From Eledone cirrhosa (taxonomy: Eukaryota): a DNA stretch of 64,000 nt. Location: the NCBI GenBank assembly GCA_964016885.1, contig OZ024747.1, forward strand, positions 20,770,001 to 20,834,000, read 5' to 3'. Below the pieces are notes generated by a model, which had not been told where the DNA came from, made no database searches, and saw only the letters and a program-made list of their open reading frames with translations. The position numbers and the translations under genes were made by a program. Every line of letters starts with the position of its first letter. Position 1 is the stretch's first letter. Positions 1 through 15,797 of the stretch are shown here, piece after piece.

Positions 1-1068
1 GTGTGTGTGTGTATGTGTGCGTGTGTAAAGAGGCAGGCTATAAATTCTAATATTCGGCTTATTAGGATTTCATGGATGTAGTAGTTTCATAGTTTGTACT
101 GATGTAGTTACATAGACTCCATATATCCGACAAGTGTGTGCCCCAACCGCAATAAATACTCATCAGTCATATTTAAATCTGTAAATATCTCAAACATTCA
201 TTACTTCCTGTAATTTGATGTGTATGAATATGAATACTTTCCTGTCTATTTGTTTTGTTTGTTTCACTCCAATGTTGTTGTCGTTGTTGTCACTCTCATC
301 TGTTGTGGTGTTGCTGCCCGAGCTTTCAAGACTGGTAAATTGGCTTCACGTCATTTGTCGTCTATGTTGCCGATGATTTTGTTGTTACTGCCTGGTGTCA
401 CAGTGATGACGGCGGAGTGAAAGGAGTGATTTGGTTTTGATTTTTTTTTTTTCATTAGGTGAAAAATGTCGTAACACCACTTGCATTGTGGGAATTTTTT
501 ATAAAACATTCCTTTGCACTGCGAAGAAGGACACTTTACGAACAAGAATATAAATGCAATCAAGTTCGAATGATTTCTTTAATATTGAAATAAATGTAGT
601 TAAGAATATAAGATATCTAGATATACTTTATCATATTTGCAGAAGTACAAAGATACGTGACACATTTGAAAAGAAAGAAGACATTATAATTTAGATGAAC
701 AAGAGATGAAGAAATATTTAACAAAATTATAAAACAAAATTTTAAAGGTATAGAACAAAGATTAAAGATTAACATCTAATAATTTAATTTGATACAAAAA
801 TTTATAAAATAGTTAGAAATGATAATACAATCACATCTTGTTATACGTTGAAATACAGCAAGCCTAACGGGAAGTGAGAATTAAATGTCACATGTCGCCA
901 GTATGAAATACAAATTTGATTTTTTTTTATGTGAAAGTGGCAAACTACATGACAGTATACATACATGCGTATATAAATATGTACTTTCACACATATATGT
1001 ACAATACACATGCATACACACACACGCACACACACACATATATATATATATCTAACTTTTATATACAT

Positions 1069-1162
<94 letters not shown>

Positions 1163-2901
1163 ATAAAAGTTTTAAATAAGAATATCTAACTACAGGAGAC
1201 AATGTATATGAGTATTTGTTTAGGTGTATTGGGGGACGCTAGCTAGGAACCGTATGGGGTCCTAATTAAATATATTATATCAATATATACTTCATTCATC
1301 TTTAATTAAAATAAGATATAGTGCAGTAAATTTGTCACAGAAATTCGAAACTTTATCTGCATTTTCAGTTGCCATTAGCTACGGCTTCTCAGTTGTTCTA
1401 CATGTACTTGTGTTTGCATGTATATGGAAGATAAACGTGTTGTGTATGCACCGTTCCATAATGTTATACATTCTATCCTTTACATCATACTTGCATCGGA
1501 CGCTGTTATTTCCCTTATACATGATATGAATGTTTTTTATAATTTCAGATTTATTAGTTAAACAATTAATATACAAATTGCAACGTTACTGTAGAGAAAT
1601 AATATGAATATCACGCATAATGTTTAAATATAGTGGATTTGTTATTGTGATATCTTGGATGTAGATCTGGTTGTTCGACATCCGTCTATTCTAACGATGA
1701 ATCTTCTAGTAACTAGTAAACAGCTTTTTTGGCTGTGTATTTTAAAGATATTTAAACAAATGATTCCAACGATATCTTAAATTGAATATATTAAGTTTTT
1801 CCATTACTACATTCATCTGGGGTTAATACAAATTACTTTTAAGTATAGTCAACACTCGTGATTAAATTTTAGCTTGTGTAATTTTCCATAATTATTCTTT
1901 TATAGCCTTCGCCCGGCCCGCTATCCGTCATTAATACTCGATCCGGCCCCTGAAGGCAAAGAAGTTGCCAACCCCTGTTCCAGTTGATTCAATAACGGAC
2001 CTGTCTGCTCATGAAATTAACGGGTACGTGGGAATTGCAGGGACACATGTTCCCTTAATGTAGTTTACAGGGAGATTCAGTGTGGTAGAATGTATGACAT
2101 GGCTGGCTCCTTGAATAAGGGGTACAACTCATATTTTGTATTACTGGTACAACACGCCGCCCGTTTCGGTAATGGAACCCATGACCTTACGATCGTGAGA
2201 TAAACATCCTAACAACTAAGTCATGAGCATTCTCTGCATATAGGTGTATATATTTATAAGAGTTGAGCCTATATCCGTCAACACATAACGTGGCTGCTTG
2301 CTTTGATCCGGTTATAAGGTTTGGAATTGCTGTAAATTGAGCTACAAGTGAAATTGGGATGGCTCAGGAAATCGGAGCTGATACCAAGTTACACCCAATT
2401 TTGATGAGGTAGCCTCTTATTAAATAGATTCTGTCAGCTAGCAGATTCGCTTTAGTTTGAGCCAATTAGAGTTGGTTTATTATATAATAAAAAGCGTAAA
2501 TATAAGATTTTGACACGCAAAATATTACAAAGAAGATAGATATCTGTGTGAATGTTAGTATGAAAGCAATAAAGTAATGAAGAGCTGAGAGAGGCATGAA
2601 TTTTTGTATTGTAATATAATAGCACGGGAAAATATTTTTACTAGTCACGTTACGAGTAAGAAGTTTGTTATAGACAATGGATTGTCGCAAAATTGGAAAT
2701 CTAAAAAGATCGCATATATAATACATTGAAGTATTGTGTGTAATACAGACACATATATGCACACACAGATATATATATATGTGTGTATGCGTGCGTGTAT
2801 ATAAATATATAAATATAAGCACACAAACCTGTAAATATTTATGTGTATATATATACATATATATATATATATATACAAATATTTATATGTATGTATGTAT
2901 G

Positions 2902-3010
<109 letters not shown>

Positions 3011-3012
3011 AA

Positions 3013-3066
<54 letters not shown>

Positions 3067-3067
3067 G

Positions 3068-3171
<104 letters not shown>

Positions 3172-6100
3172 GTATGTATATATGTAAGTATGTAGTATGT
3201 ATATGTAGTTCGGAATAGCAGAAATCAAAAAAAACAGACAAACATATATATACATATATACAAACATTTCGACAACTCGAGGAGGGATTTGTGTGTTGAA
3301 AGATACAAATAATTGACTAGGTTGTAAACACAGACGAATTAAGTAGGCAAAAACTGATGGGAAAAGAGAATTTGGGGAACGAGAATGCTTTGTAGCATAT
3401 ACCCGTTGGGCTTAAACGATAAAGTTATTGGATATGTTCAAATGGAAGAGGAGATGGAATTGTGCAGTTTTCGCAGCCGATAATGAGGAGCTAATGTTGT
3501 CATGGGAAATGAAAGAGAAATAGTAAGGAATTAAACAATGATATACAAAAAATATATAAAAAAGCTGAATGAATGATATGCTTTAAGGGAATTCTATCAA
3601 AGTTATGTTTATTAAGATCGTGTTCAATTTTGAAGCTGTAAAGGTTAATGCACATATGTAGAAGCATTATAAGTGAAGTAATTTTTTTTTAAATAATTCA
3701 CTTTTGTTGGCACTTGCTTAAGGACGTTAATAATAATACTAGTAATGTCAAAGCAGAGAATGCTGTTGCTTCTTTTGTTAATATATATCTAGAAAATATT
3801 TATTTAAATTCCATGTTTTTTGTTATAAATATTCAACACAAGATTTAATACCCTATTGGAGTATTAGATCTTGTGTTGAATTTTCAGAAAAGCTCTATAA
3901 TACAGATAAATTAAACAATGTTTTTGTAGGGTTTTTTTCTACGCTAAATACTAACATAAATTTAAAACTGGTTGAGAATTGGATAGTATAGATGTTTTTT
4001 AAAATGTTAATATATATTAATAACAAATGTAAAGTTTTTCTGTCTAGAGAAATATATACAAGATAGACAAAAGATGGGTACGTAGAATGGTATATATCCA
4101 GCCTTGTTCAGAAAAGTGGATAGAAGAAATATGGGTGCAATTCCATCGATTGTCTGTACTTTTAAAGAGCTAAGTGTCACACTAACGTTATAAGGCTGGT
4201 TTTGCCTAAGTATTAAGTTATGGCTGCACGTGTTTGTAACATTTTCGACCACTTATATTATTAAATAAAAGTGTTCATTTGGTCGAACAACTAAAATGCT
4301 CCTCGTTCCAACCGACGAAGTACAAGGATCCTTTTACTTCCTATTTTTTGTTTGGAGGTGGCGAGGAGGCGGGTTACATCCATAAAGTTCTGTGTGTTTC
4401 TCTGAACATTCATTAACTTCCTTATCTAGGATGTGACCTGACGTAAAAAAAGAGCTGTTTGCACAAGCCTAGCAAAACGATAGAATAAGATTTCATCTGA
4501 ATTATAAAAGATAAGAGCGTTTAAATGATAGGAATTTTTTTATTGTTTGACCCCAGGTCATCACTAATCGAGCAGATATAAAGCTTAAGTAGTGGTATCC
4601 CTTACTGCCCATGATAAAATTTGAAGATAATATATTTGGCTGAGCTGCTTGAAACGGATCCCAATGCATGACTGGTGTATTTTATGTTACACTTATATAT
4701 ATGAAGGGATACAATAATTCCTCAGATGATTTGAACTCAAAACAGATAGAAGAGAAATAATTTTAAAACTACTTCAGTTCTAAAAATCAATCAGTTTGTA
4801 ATTATGTATACGTACGTATGAATCTAGTAAGCACCGAACTAACATACATCACCTCTTGTGTATTTAAAACATGGTAAAGCCTATCCCTTCTCTAGATTGG
4901 AACACATCCGAAAGAGGGAGAGAGGAGAAAAGAAAGAGTGAGCGACGAGGAGGAAACGACCCCAGTACATTTTTATCAACCTGTAAATGTTGAAATTTGA
5001 TCTCAGAGCACAGAGAGCTAGGGAAAACACGGTAAAGTATACTAACCAGCGTTCTAATTCGTTGCCTAATTATTTATATAGCGCCCATACATTCAAACAT
5101 TTCAGAACAATAGCCAGTTACTTAATCGTAAGAGAAATTGGGAACTATTTAAACTACTATATAAACAGACAGATTATTACTGAATAGTTAAACTATTCAA
5201 TAATTTCAAATGTATTATCAGATATAGCACTTCTGTTATCTCAGCTAATTTAGACAGTATCTAACAATTTCCATTCCAATATTATTTCCACTCTAACAAT
5301 AAACATCACTAGCAGATAAATGAATTTACTATGTAAATCGAGTAAATATTAATGAATGAGAAACTTTAGCAGGCTGATAAGATTCTATGATAACTCAGGG
5401 GGAAAAAAACAAAACAGAAAAAAAGAGATAGCATAAAGTCCTAATTATATATTTAATGTATCTAATTACATACATAGGCGGTGAAATGGCAGTCATTAGT
5501 ACGTCGGCTAGAAAGTTTTGCGGCAGTCATTCCGACTTTCTGCGCTCTGAGTTCAAAACCTGCCAAGGTCAACGTTTTCTTTCATTCTTTCGAGGTCAAT
5601 AACAACACCAATCTACTAGTGGGTTCAATTCTTTCTGCATGTCTCTTTTTCACTTCCTCTCTATCACTATCTATTTTTTCTGGAAGAGATTTGCTGCGTT
5701 AATACGTGGAGAAAGAATGGGTTCCACCAGATTTAAAATGTCCAAGACACATAATATGCCACTATGGTGCCCCTACGACATTAGGAGTTACGCGTCCATA
5801 TATATTAAATCACATACGCATATAGGCCTGTCCAGAGGCATATCATACACATCTAGATTAAACAAGTGTAAAGGTCTATTATCTATAGGAAGAAATAGTG
5901 GTTATTACATAACTGAATCATAAATGCAAAGAGGATAACATGTTTTGTGATATTTGTTTTAGTTCTCTGCACCGTGAGCTCAAATATCACCTAGGAGAAT
6001 TTTGCTTTTCATTCGTTTGAAGCTAATAAGTATAACTCCATTTCAGGGCGGTGGATAAGCGGAACCATTAGATGATCAGAGAAATGGCCTTCCGAAATTT

Positions 6101-7156
6101 TCTACAACATGAATATTTCTCACGGTACATCTACTATCTCCAAGGTCGTTAAACGCCTGTCTATCATCAAGAAAAACAGTATGGTATCTTCGCACGTAGA
6201 GTGGTTCTTTGAGCATAATCTTTCCCCGTCAAATACCAGCAGTCGTGAGTGACAAAGATTTTTGGTTTAATTCTGCTTTTAGTCATTTTTCTCTGGTCCT
6301 GTTTAACAATTGAAACTCCCTAAACAACTAAGATTCCATTCCTGTTGCTCATTAATATTAATGAGTGAGACATTTCTAGGAATGCTTTTAAACATCTGAA
6401 GAAATCCAGTCGTCCAGAATCCCGACGGAACATAAACCCATTAACCACCATTAAACTAAAACCATCACCTCATTTACTCCTACACACTTTCATAACTACG
6501 AATTTACCACCTCCGTCTAAGAGTATCATGCAAACCTCTATGTCCAACAATCAGTTGATACGCCAATTCATTGTGTCAGAAGAAAGAAACCTCGCAATTG
6601 ATCAAGTGGAGGGCAGGCGAGGGTGTCATGTAAATCTTTGTTTCACTGATACCTATCATATCTAAACTTAGTTACCTGACATCATTTAATAAGACTTCCT
6701 GAATACATGGCAACACTAAATAAAGTGCATTTATGTATTCTCTCGTATTTTTCTTAATTTATGTCTTCGGATAGAATTAATTCATAATTGCTTAATGGTT
6801 GTTAGCTATGTCATTGTGATGTTTATAAACACCATAAGCTGGTGATTGTTCTTCCAGAGAAATAAATAAAAAAGGAAAAAAATATATTTTTCTTCCTAAT
6901 AATCGTCTCTTTCTCCCTGTTTTCATATATATATATATATATATATAAAATATTAAGAAAATAATGAATAAAACAATGAAACAGTTCCTTATATTAAACA
7001 AAAAAAGTTCATTATTTAACGATCGTTTCTGGGATATATATGTGTTAGAATTGGCATGTATATTTAACAGATCTATGTACAAAATTATACAAAATTATAC
7101 AAACTATCAAAATTAAATATACATACCAACTCATATATATGCCGTATATATATGCC

Positions 7157-7200
<44 letters not shown>

Positions 7201-7277
7201 AAACAGGGAGAAAGAGACGATTATTAGGAAGAACATTTTTTTTTTTTCCATTTTTATTTATTTCTCTCCACATTTTT

Positions 7278-7365
<88 letters not shown>

Positions 7366-8144
7366 TTTATTCTCGTTTGTTTACGTTTGTGTTATTTTTG
7401 TTGCGAGTATTCGATAGACACTTTTCAAGGCAGTTGTTGGTGTTTTCGAGTAGGCAGTTGTGGTTGTTCTTTTTCCTGGTTGTTTTTATTATTCCTATGA
7501 TTGTGGCTTATGTTGTAGTATTTGCTGTGACTGTAGCTGAAATGTTGACAGTGCAGAAGGTCACTTGAATCTATTTTACTTTCATATACTGAATAATGAC
7601 TTCAAGGAATAAATTTCAGTAGAAAAGTAAAATGGGGTGTAATACTCTATCCCATAAAACAAAACTATTCAGCAAAACCTTCCTTAACATACATTGATAT
7701 AAACAAGCTATTAACCTATATTCATATACTGCAGCTAGTTGCAAGAAACAGCAGAAAATATTGTAAGCCTTGCTAGGAATTTAGTAATGTAAAAATATAT
7801 AGAATGACAAGGTAATCTATCAAAGGTTTATTTATTGATAACTACTCATCAGAGACATTCTGATATTTTCTGCAAAGAACTTTTGAGAATAGATTAACTA
7901 ACAAGTTGATGTATATGATGTGTTTTACAAAAGTGATAAGGTTAGGTAATCTCTTGAGCTATTGTTCTGTGTTCCTGATCATGTTTACTAGTTTGTTACA
8001 ATATTTAAGTATACTTATGTACCTATGTATATATATATATATATATATATATGAATTATACAGAACCATACATAACAACATGTACATACATAAACACATA
8101 TACATTTAAATAAATGTACACACACACACACACACCACACACAC

Positions 8145-8186
<42 letters not shown>

Positions 8187-9443
8187 GCAAGTGTCTTAGT
8201 ATGTATGGTCAGTGTGTGTCAAGCTAATTATGTTGGGGAATTATATTAATGGTACACGTGTCAGTGAAATAGTCAATCACTTATATGAGTTGAACATTCA
8301 GTAGAGCGAATTACTGAATGCAGTTTGGTCAGTTTAGATATTATGTTATATAAAGATAGAAGAATTAAATAACCCCCACAAGGTTTTCAGGTTTTTGCAG
8401 GGCTACTACTAACTACCTCCAATTATCTGCTTTCACTGGGTGAATCAGATTATATCTACACTGAAATTATTGCCACTGGAATTGACATTTGAAGTTTCCA
8501 GTTGCTCGATCAATAGAATAGCTTGCCGATGAAATTAAAGTGTAAATATCTGAGCGTTCCACAATCACGTGTATCCCTTACCGTAATTCTCATGGAGATT
8601 CGGGATGAAAGGGTGTGACACGTCTGACTCTTTGAATTACAAGAACAGTCCATCCGACAGGATTTTAAATAGTTTCTGTCAATTCAGTGTCATTCACATG
8701 GCATACGAATGTAGGCTGGAAATATCATAAGCTGACTATAAAAGATCGATGCCAGAGCTGTGAAATCTTGCATGCATTAATTTCAAAATTTCTTATTAAT
8801 AACTGCATTGTTTCTTTTCAGAGACTATGTTGAAAAATAAACCTCATTAGGTCATTCTATGAGAGTATCTTGGTCAGGCTATGAACTTTTCAACTGACCC
8901 TCGTGGTTCGAACCAATCCTTTTGTAAATGAAACTTGCTCTAGATGCTACACAGTGGGGTCGAACCTGGAAGATCCAGATTGTAAAGTAATCTTTTTGAT
9001 AGTTCGGTCACGCCTGCATCCACATACACCAAACAAAAACTACTGAAAAACCTGTAGTAACTTGAACAAACTCTCTTTATACCAAAGTTCTCTTAAATAA
9101 ATTTTTCTACATCAAGTTTCATACTCACATCTCAGTAATCAACATCCATAACCACTGTTTCATCTAATATATGTGCTGCTGCCATTTCTAAACCACGGAT
9201 GAATGAATCAAGTGAAAATGCACCCAAGTATAGCAACTAGCTTTTTGCCTTATTGAAGTTTGATGTTGTGTTTCCATAGCACAGTTTGCACTAAATAACT
9301 TCAACTTTGATATTAAAACTTGAGATATTCAGTTCCTGCTATCAGTATGTTTGGCATTTGGTTTCAAAATTTCATTTAGTTGATTTATATTTTATATACT
9401 ATATTTTGTATATATATATATATTATATATATATATATATTAT

Positions 9444-9579
<136 letters not shown>

Positions 9580-9639
9580 TATATATAAATATATATATAT
9601 ATAAATATATATATATATACATATATATACATATATACA

Positions 9640-9682
<43 letters not shown>

Positions 9683-9714
9683 TATATATATATACATATA
9701 TATACATATATACA

Positions 9715-9849
<135 letters not shown>

Positions 9850-10598
9850 TATACATATATATACATATATATAAAGTTATAGTTATATATTTATTTATAT
9901 ATTAATATATGTCAATGAACATATATTTTCTAATTTCCATAACGTTCACCAAAATTTATGCATGATGTTCAGGTTCAGCAGGCATCACTCTATGTAATCA
10001 TCATTATAGATTGACGACGACAAAGGCATGGTATAAACACAATTATCCTCATAGTGGGTGTAACACAACTGAGTAAATTGATTAACATAAAATATTGATT
10101 CTTTATAATATCTGTACTGGTACATATTATGGATCATTTATCGTCCCATCGATCAACCTTCAGTTTTTGTTCAGTCTGGTTCGTTAAATTAATATGTCAA
10201 TGGCTGAGTGTTCCACAGATGAGTGTGCTTTAACATAGTTCTCATATCGTATTAACGAGTAAGTGATGGTGCAATCCACAGACAAGTGTAGTATAAAATA
10301 ATTCTCATTCCAAACCAATTTAAGGAGGTTTCCTTTGAATTCATCTATAGTCCATCCAGCGAGCTTCCATAGTTTTTATCAATCCAATTTCACTCAAACG
10401 ACTTGCCCCGACCAGGTGCTATAATAAAAATACTAGAACTCGAGGTCTCCTGACAGCAAAGTGAACATCTTAACCAGTTGGGCATCCCCGTATTCATAGT
10501 GTGCTCCAATTTGAGCATTTTCATTAAAGATAGTTCGTGTTTCCTCATTAGTTCTTTGTGCTTAACTTCGAACAGGAGCTTTCCTAAATGCATGCGTG

Positions 10599-10638
10599 TA
10601 TTAACGTTTCGAAGATTGGCGGTTCTATCATCAGAATC
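10599..10638 (-). ncRNA. Degenerate minimal hammerhead
   Basis: gauu CUGAUGA uagaaccgccaaucuuc GAAA cg UU aaua. The GAAACGUU palindromic stem III is of PLE type; stems I and II are weak. Confidence 0.4.
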
Positions 10639-10778
10639 GGAAGTATCAAATTAGTGGCGTATTCGTCACATGCTCAGCAGTGGTCATAAAGTGTCATGGA
10701 AGTGGTAGAGAATCATGACACCTGACTGATTTTAGAATTTCTCAACGTTTGAAAGGGGGCAGTCATTGTATGATTTAA

Positions 10779-11125
10779 TCCATTAGCATTTAAACCGGCC
10801 AAATCCGGCCAGAATTCTCTCACCTCTTTCTGTTAAAACGGCTATAACCAGCTCCCCATACTCATGTTACGGTATTGTTCTCAAACTAAATAACATCAAA
10901 ATCTCATAGATTCAATATTATGTGAAATAATGATGTAAGATAAAGCCTTCACAGTGAAAATATAATTGTTTCTACTTTTGGCACAAGGCCAGCAATTACC
11001 CAGTGCATTACTGGTACTTTATTTCATCGACCCCGTGAGGATGAAAGGCAAAGTTAACCTCGGCGGGATTTGAACTCGGCGGCATTATATAATAGTATAT
11101 AAAAAGTAATATAAATGTTAAAAGG
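10779..11125. mobile_element. piggyBac-like MITE interrupted by a SINE A fragment (10966-11077)
   Basis: Body homologous to 20602-20817; ttaa|tccattagcattta ... taaatgttaaaagg. Confidence 0.6.
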
Positions 11126-11951
11126 TAAAATAAAAGAATTAACACATATATACAGCATACGTGAAATCAATTATAACTACCATGGCTCGACCGTTGTCCA
11201 TGATTTCCTACTACTGCCATTAGACTTTATGAACACTATGGTGCACGTGACCTAAACGCCAATGACATGACTATTTTGATTCTGAAGAGAGAGCCGTGAA
11301 GGTTTAGAAACATTAATATGCACATGGATTTAGAAAGGCTACTGTTCCAAACTAAGCATAAAGAACAAATAAGGAAATATGGAGAAGCCACCAAAACCGA
11401 AATTAATGTGAAACTGTATTTAGTTTCATTCCTCTACATTCTGTGTTGAAAGATTATTGTAATCATCCTGGCCTTTCGCTCGTTCTAACTCGTTAATGTA
11501 GGTTCCAGTGACCCAGTGTGCTTATTTTAAACGACTTTACTCTTTCTCTATCAAATTGTGGCCTTATGTCAATGTAAAATAAAATCTATACCAAAGCCAG
11601 TCCCACTAATGATTCTCTTTGTCAACATCGATCTAACTAACCATTCATCAGTCTATTCTGCTATCGTTCTTTCGTCACTCATTCATTCATTCTTAATGAC
11701 ATCATTTGTGTGAACGGTGATTGTAGTTCTACTTAACTCTTGTTCAGTGTATATCAAAAATGCTAATCACGTTACAATAAAGCGAGGACCAACCACAGGC
11801 ATTTAAACTTGTGTAACTAAACATTCACTTAATTTATCTTTACATTCACAAACGTTGTTATAGTGCAGCAACTCGTAAAAGACTTTGTTTTCCATTAATA
11901 ATTCATTCACACTCATATACTCACACATGAACATATACTCACACCCATCAG

Positions 11952-12055
<104 letters not shown>

Positions 12056-12062
12056 ATACATA

Positions 12063-12109
<47 letters not shown>

Positions 12110-12789
12110 GTCGGCGCATACGTATGTACTGGCCTAAGTCTTCACTATTTACTTTTACTATTTTAAGGCAAAGCTAAAATCCCGTCGAGGTTAACTTTGC
12201 CTTTCATCCTTGCGGGGTCGATAAAATAAAGTACCAGTAATGTACTGGTGAATTGCTGGCCTTGTGCCAAAAGTAGAAACAACTATTTTAATAACCTCTG
12301 TCATTTTCGTTTACAATTTTATTTACATCATTCTTAAACTCCGGGGCTGGAAATCATTCGGTTATTTTAAATAGAATATTAGTCTAACGACTCCATAAAC
12401 TTGGTCTCGTCTTTGCACGAAATTGTTCTCGGTCCACATAATTGTTTCTACTTTAGGCACAAGGCCATCAATTACCCAGTGCATTACTGGTACTTTATTT
12501 CATCGACCCCGTGAGGATGAAAGGCAAAGTTAACCTCGGCAGGATTTGAACTCAGAATGTCAAGGAATGTACCACATAATGACGTATTATCCTCGCTTTT
12601 TTTCTGTTCATTACAACGAAACGTCTTCACGAACCAAAATATCATCTTCCTGTTTTCCTTCGGTTGCAACGTTTCTCGAAATATTTAATTCTGCGTTCAC
12701 AGATTGAATTTTTTTAGTTTCCGAAGATCCCGTTAATGTTGAAAGCAGCGATTCTTTGCTTAAACTTTCTTTCTTGCTCATACCCTCTC

Positions 12790-12856
<67 letters not shown>

Positions 12857-12857
12857 C

Positions 12858-12930
<73 letters not shown>

Positions 12931-12981
12931 CCCCCTCTCTCTCTCTCTCTTCCTCTACAGAATGGAGAACAATAAAGAACG

Positions 12982-13024
<43 letters not shown>

Positions 13025-14013
13025 CTATCTCTGTTTATATATATATATATATATATGTGTTTGTGTGTGTGTGTGTACCAGCGTTCGTCGCCATTATCTC
13101 TCTCTGACTCTCTATCTGATTATCTTGTACCTCTCTCTGTATAACGACCTATCTCACTCTCTCTCTCTACATCTCCCTTTCTCTCTTTAGGTGTATATGT
13201 ATATGTCTGTGTGTGATACATATATATATAGAGAGAGAGAGAGTTGCAACGTGTATGTAGTTTCATAGATTTTTGAGGTTTGTGAGAATGAAAATATAAA
13301 CAGAGCATATAAATAAATTTACAGTAGAATAACATAACAAATATATTTTAAATAAATAACATTACAAATGCCTCGATAACACTACAAAGGATGATACAAT
13401 GAAAGATATATTCCTTCAATGCTACAATATTAAAGAAAATGTAAAGGAAGGGGTGAACAACGGAGCCAACACCAGAGCAAAAGACAGAAACATCACGAGT
13501 ACTGGGCAACCTCTCTAATTTTGAGGCAAGCCAGCACACTCGCAGCGTTGCCTCGGGTGATGGCGAGGCTGATGCGCTGAAATATTGTTTTAAAAGACTT
13601 CTTAATGGAAATGAAGCAAAATGGAAGCTTAATATTGAAACTTCGAACTCATGAATTTTGCAGGTTAAAATGTTGCTGGCCCGAAAACTGTTCGCGTATT
13701 TTTGTACGCGTAGTTTGTTCGTAACGTAAATAGATAATTCGTAACGTATATAGATAAATGACGCCATAAAAGGGAAATAACACGTCTCTCATCTCTATTT
13801 GTACATTTGAACTGAAAAATCAATACATTTCAAATTCGATTTTTGCACTTGGCGTGGGTCGATTTGAAATTTTTTTTGACCGATGTCTCCACCGGACCTT
13901 CATCTATAAGTGTAGCAATTTCACCGAAATTTGAACGTACGGTTTAAGAGGAGATGTGTGCCGACTGTTTTAATAGACAGACAGACAGACATCCTCTGTT
14001 TTATATATATAGA
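12110..14013 (-). mobile_element. Second, interrupted copy of the Helitron-like element
   Basis: 13707-14013 matches the reverse complement of about 57783-58066, and 12110-12437 matches about 58067-58405. Confidence 0.75.
12442..12570 (-). mobile_element. SINE family A, truncated
   Basis: Same consensus; nearly identical to 10966-11077. Confidence 0.82.
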
Positions 14014-14169
14014 CTAGCAGAAAACCACATATATATATATACACCCATGTTCATATTTTGAGATGCATTATTCTCAAATTAGATTATTATCTCTGACGGA
14101 AAGAACCAGTTTATAATTTTTAAGAAAAATTAAGCATACAGACATATTTTAGGAAACTTATGAATTCCT

Positions 14170-14208
<39 letters not shown>

Positions 14209-14410
14209 CTTACACAGTTACACACAGACACACGCACAGACAGACACACACGCATACAGACACATACGCTAACACACACATGCCATACACACACTCATAC
14301 ATACACACCTATGCACACACGCTAACACACACATACACACGCACATACACACTTAAACCTATATATATGTATATATATAGAGAGACACACATAATATACA
14401 TATATAATAT

Positions 14411-14480
<70 letters not shown>

Positions 14481-15133
14481 CACACATACACACATATAAC
14501 ACACACCCATATATAAAACACACACTCGCACACACATACACACACACATATAACACACACACACACATATATAACACACACACGCACACACATACACACA
14601 CACACACATACACACACACATATAACACACACACACATAATACACACACACACACGCATACACACACAAATAACACACACACATATAACACACACACACA
14701 TATATATATATTATATGCTCAGCCCCAGTGAGTTGGTTAAAACACCAAAGGCCAGTCTTAAAGTTGTCGTCTGTAAATTCAAAGAACTCGGCTGTGTCTG
14801 GCTAGATCTCCATGGTAACTATTCCAAGGTCGCGCGTGCCATGGCTGGGAACGCAGGTGTCACGTGCTGGCCTAGAACGCTGGTTGTTGGAATCAGTGGT
14901 CGACGACATAACATATATATAATATGTGTGTGGAATAGTATAAATATTTCTTCGTATTTACTAACATATATATATATATTATATATTATATATACATACA
15001 TTATATATATATTATTAATATATTACATACGTACATTTATTTATATATATATATATATATTTATTAAAATAAAAGATTAAATTTTAAGCAAAGAATCGCT
15101 GCTTTCACCCTTAACAGGATCTTCTGAAACTAA

Positions 15134-15178
<45 letters not shown>

Positions 15179-15221
15179 CTGGTGATTTCTCAAGAATGAA
15201 ACAGTTCTAGTCTATATATAT

Positions 15222-15486
15222 ATTACACACACAGAAATGTATATATATTTCTGTGTGTGTATATATATATATATATATATTACACACACAGAAATGTATA
15301 TATATTTCTGTGTGTATATATATATATATTACACACAGAGAAATGTATATATATTTCTGTGTGTATATATATATATATATTTCTGTGTGTGTATATATAT
15401 ATATATTACACACACAGAAATGTATATATATTTCTGTGTGTGTGTATATATATATATTACACACACAGAAATGTATATATATTTCT
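15222..15486. repeat. Self-complementary minisatellite, about 50-bp unit
   Basis: acacacagaaat-gtatatat-atttctgtgtgt repeated about 5 times. Confidence 0.88.
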
Positions 15487-15610
15487 TAGAACAAAATTAT
15501 TATTAATGTTTTGCTGTTCATAACAATTGGAATTGACATATTACTTTTGAAATTATTAGTTATTTTACTAATGCTTAGATATGTAAAAATGAAGCAATGT
15601 TTCTAATAAT

Positions 15611-15797
15611 TGTTTCTACTTTTGGCACAAGGCCAGCAAATACCCAGTACATTACTGGTACTTTATTTTATCGACCCCGTGAGGATAAAAGGCAAAGTTA
15701 ACCTTGGCGGTATTTGAACTCAGACCGTAAAGGGACGTAACTCCATGCTATGAAGCATGGTGTCCGACTCTCTACAGATTCTGCCAATCCACCGCCC
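15611..15797 (-). mobile_element. SINE family A
   Basis: tgtttctacttttggcacaaggcc...gccaatccaccgccc. Confidence 0.88.

Noticed and set aside
11278-11330. CTGAAGA...GAAA hammerhead candidate
   Set aside because: No U at position 16.1 and no stem I pairing.
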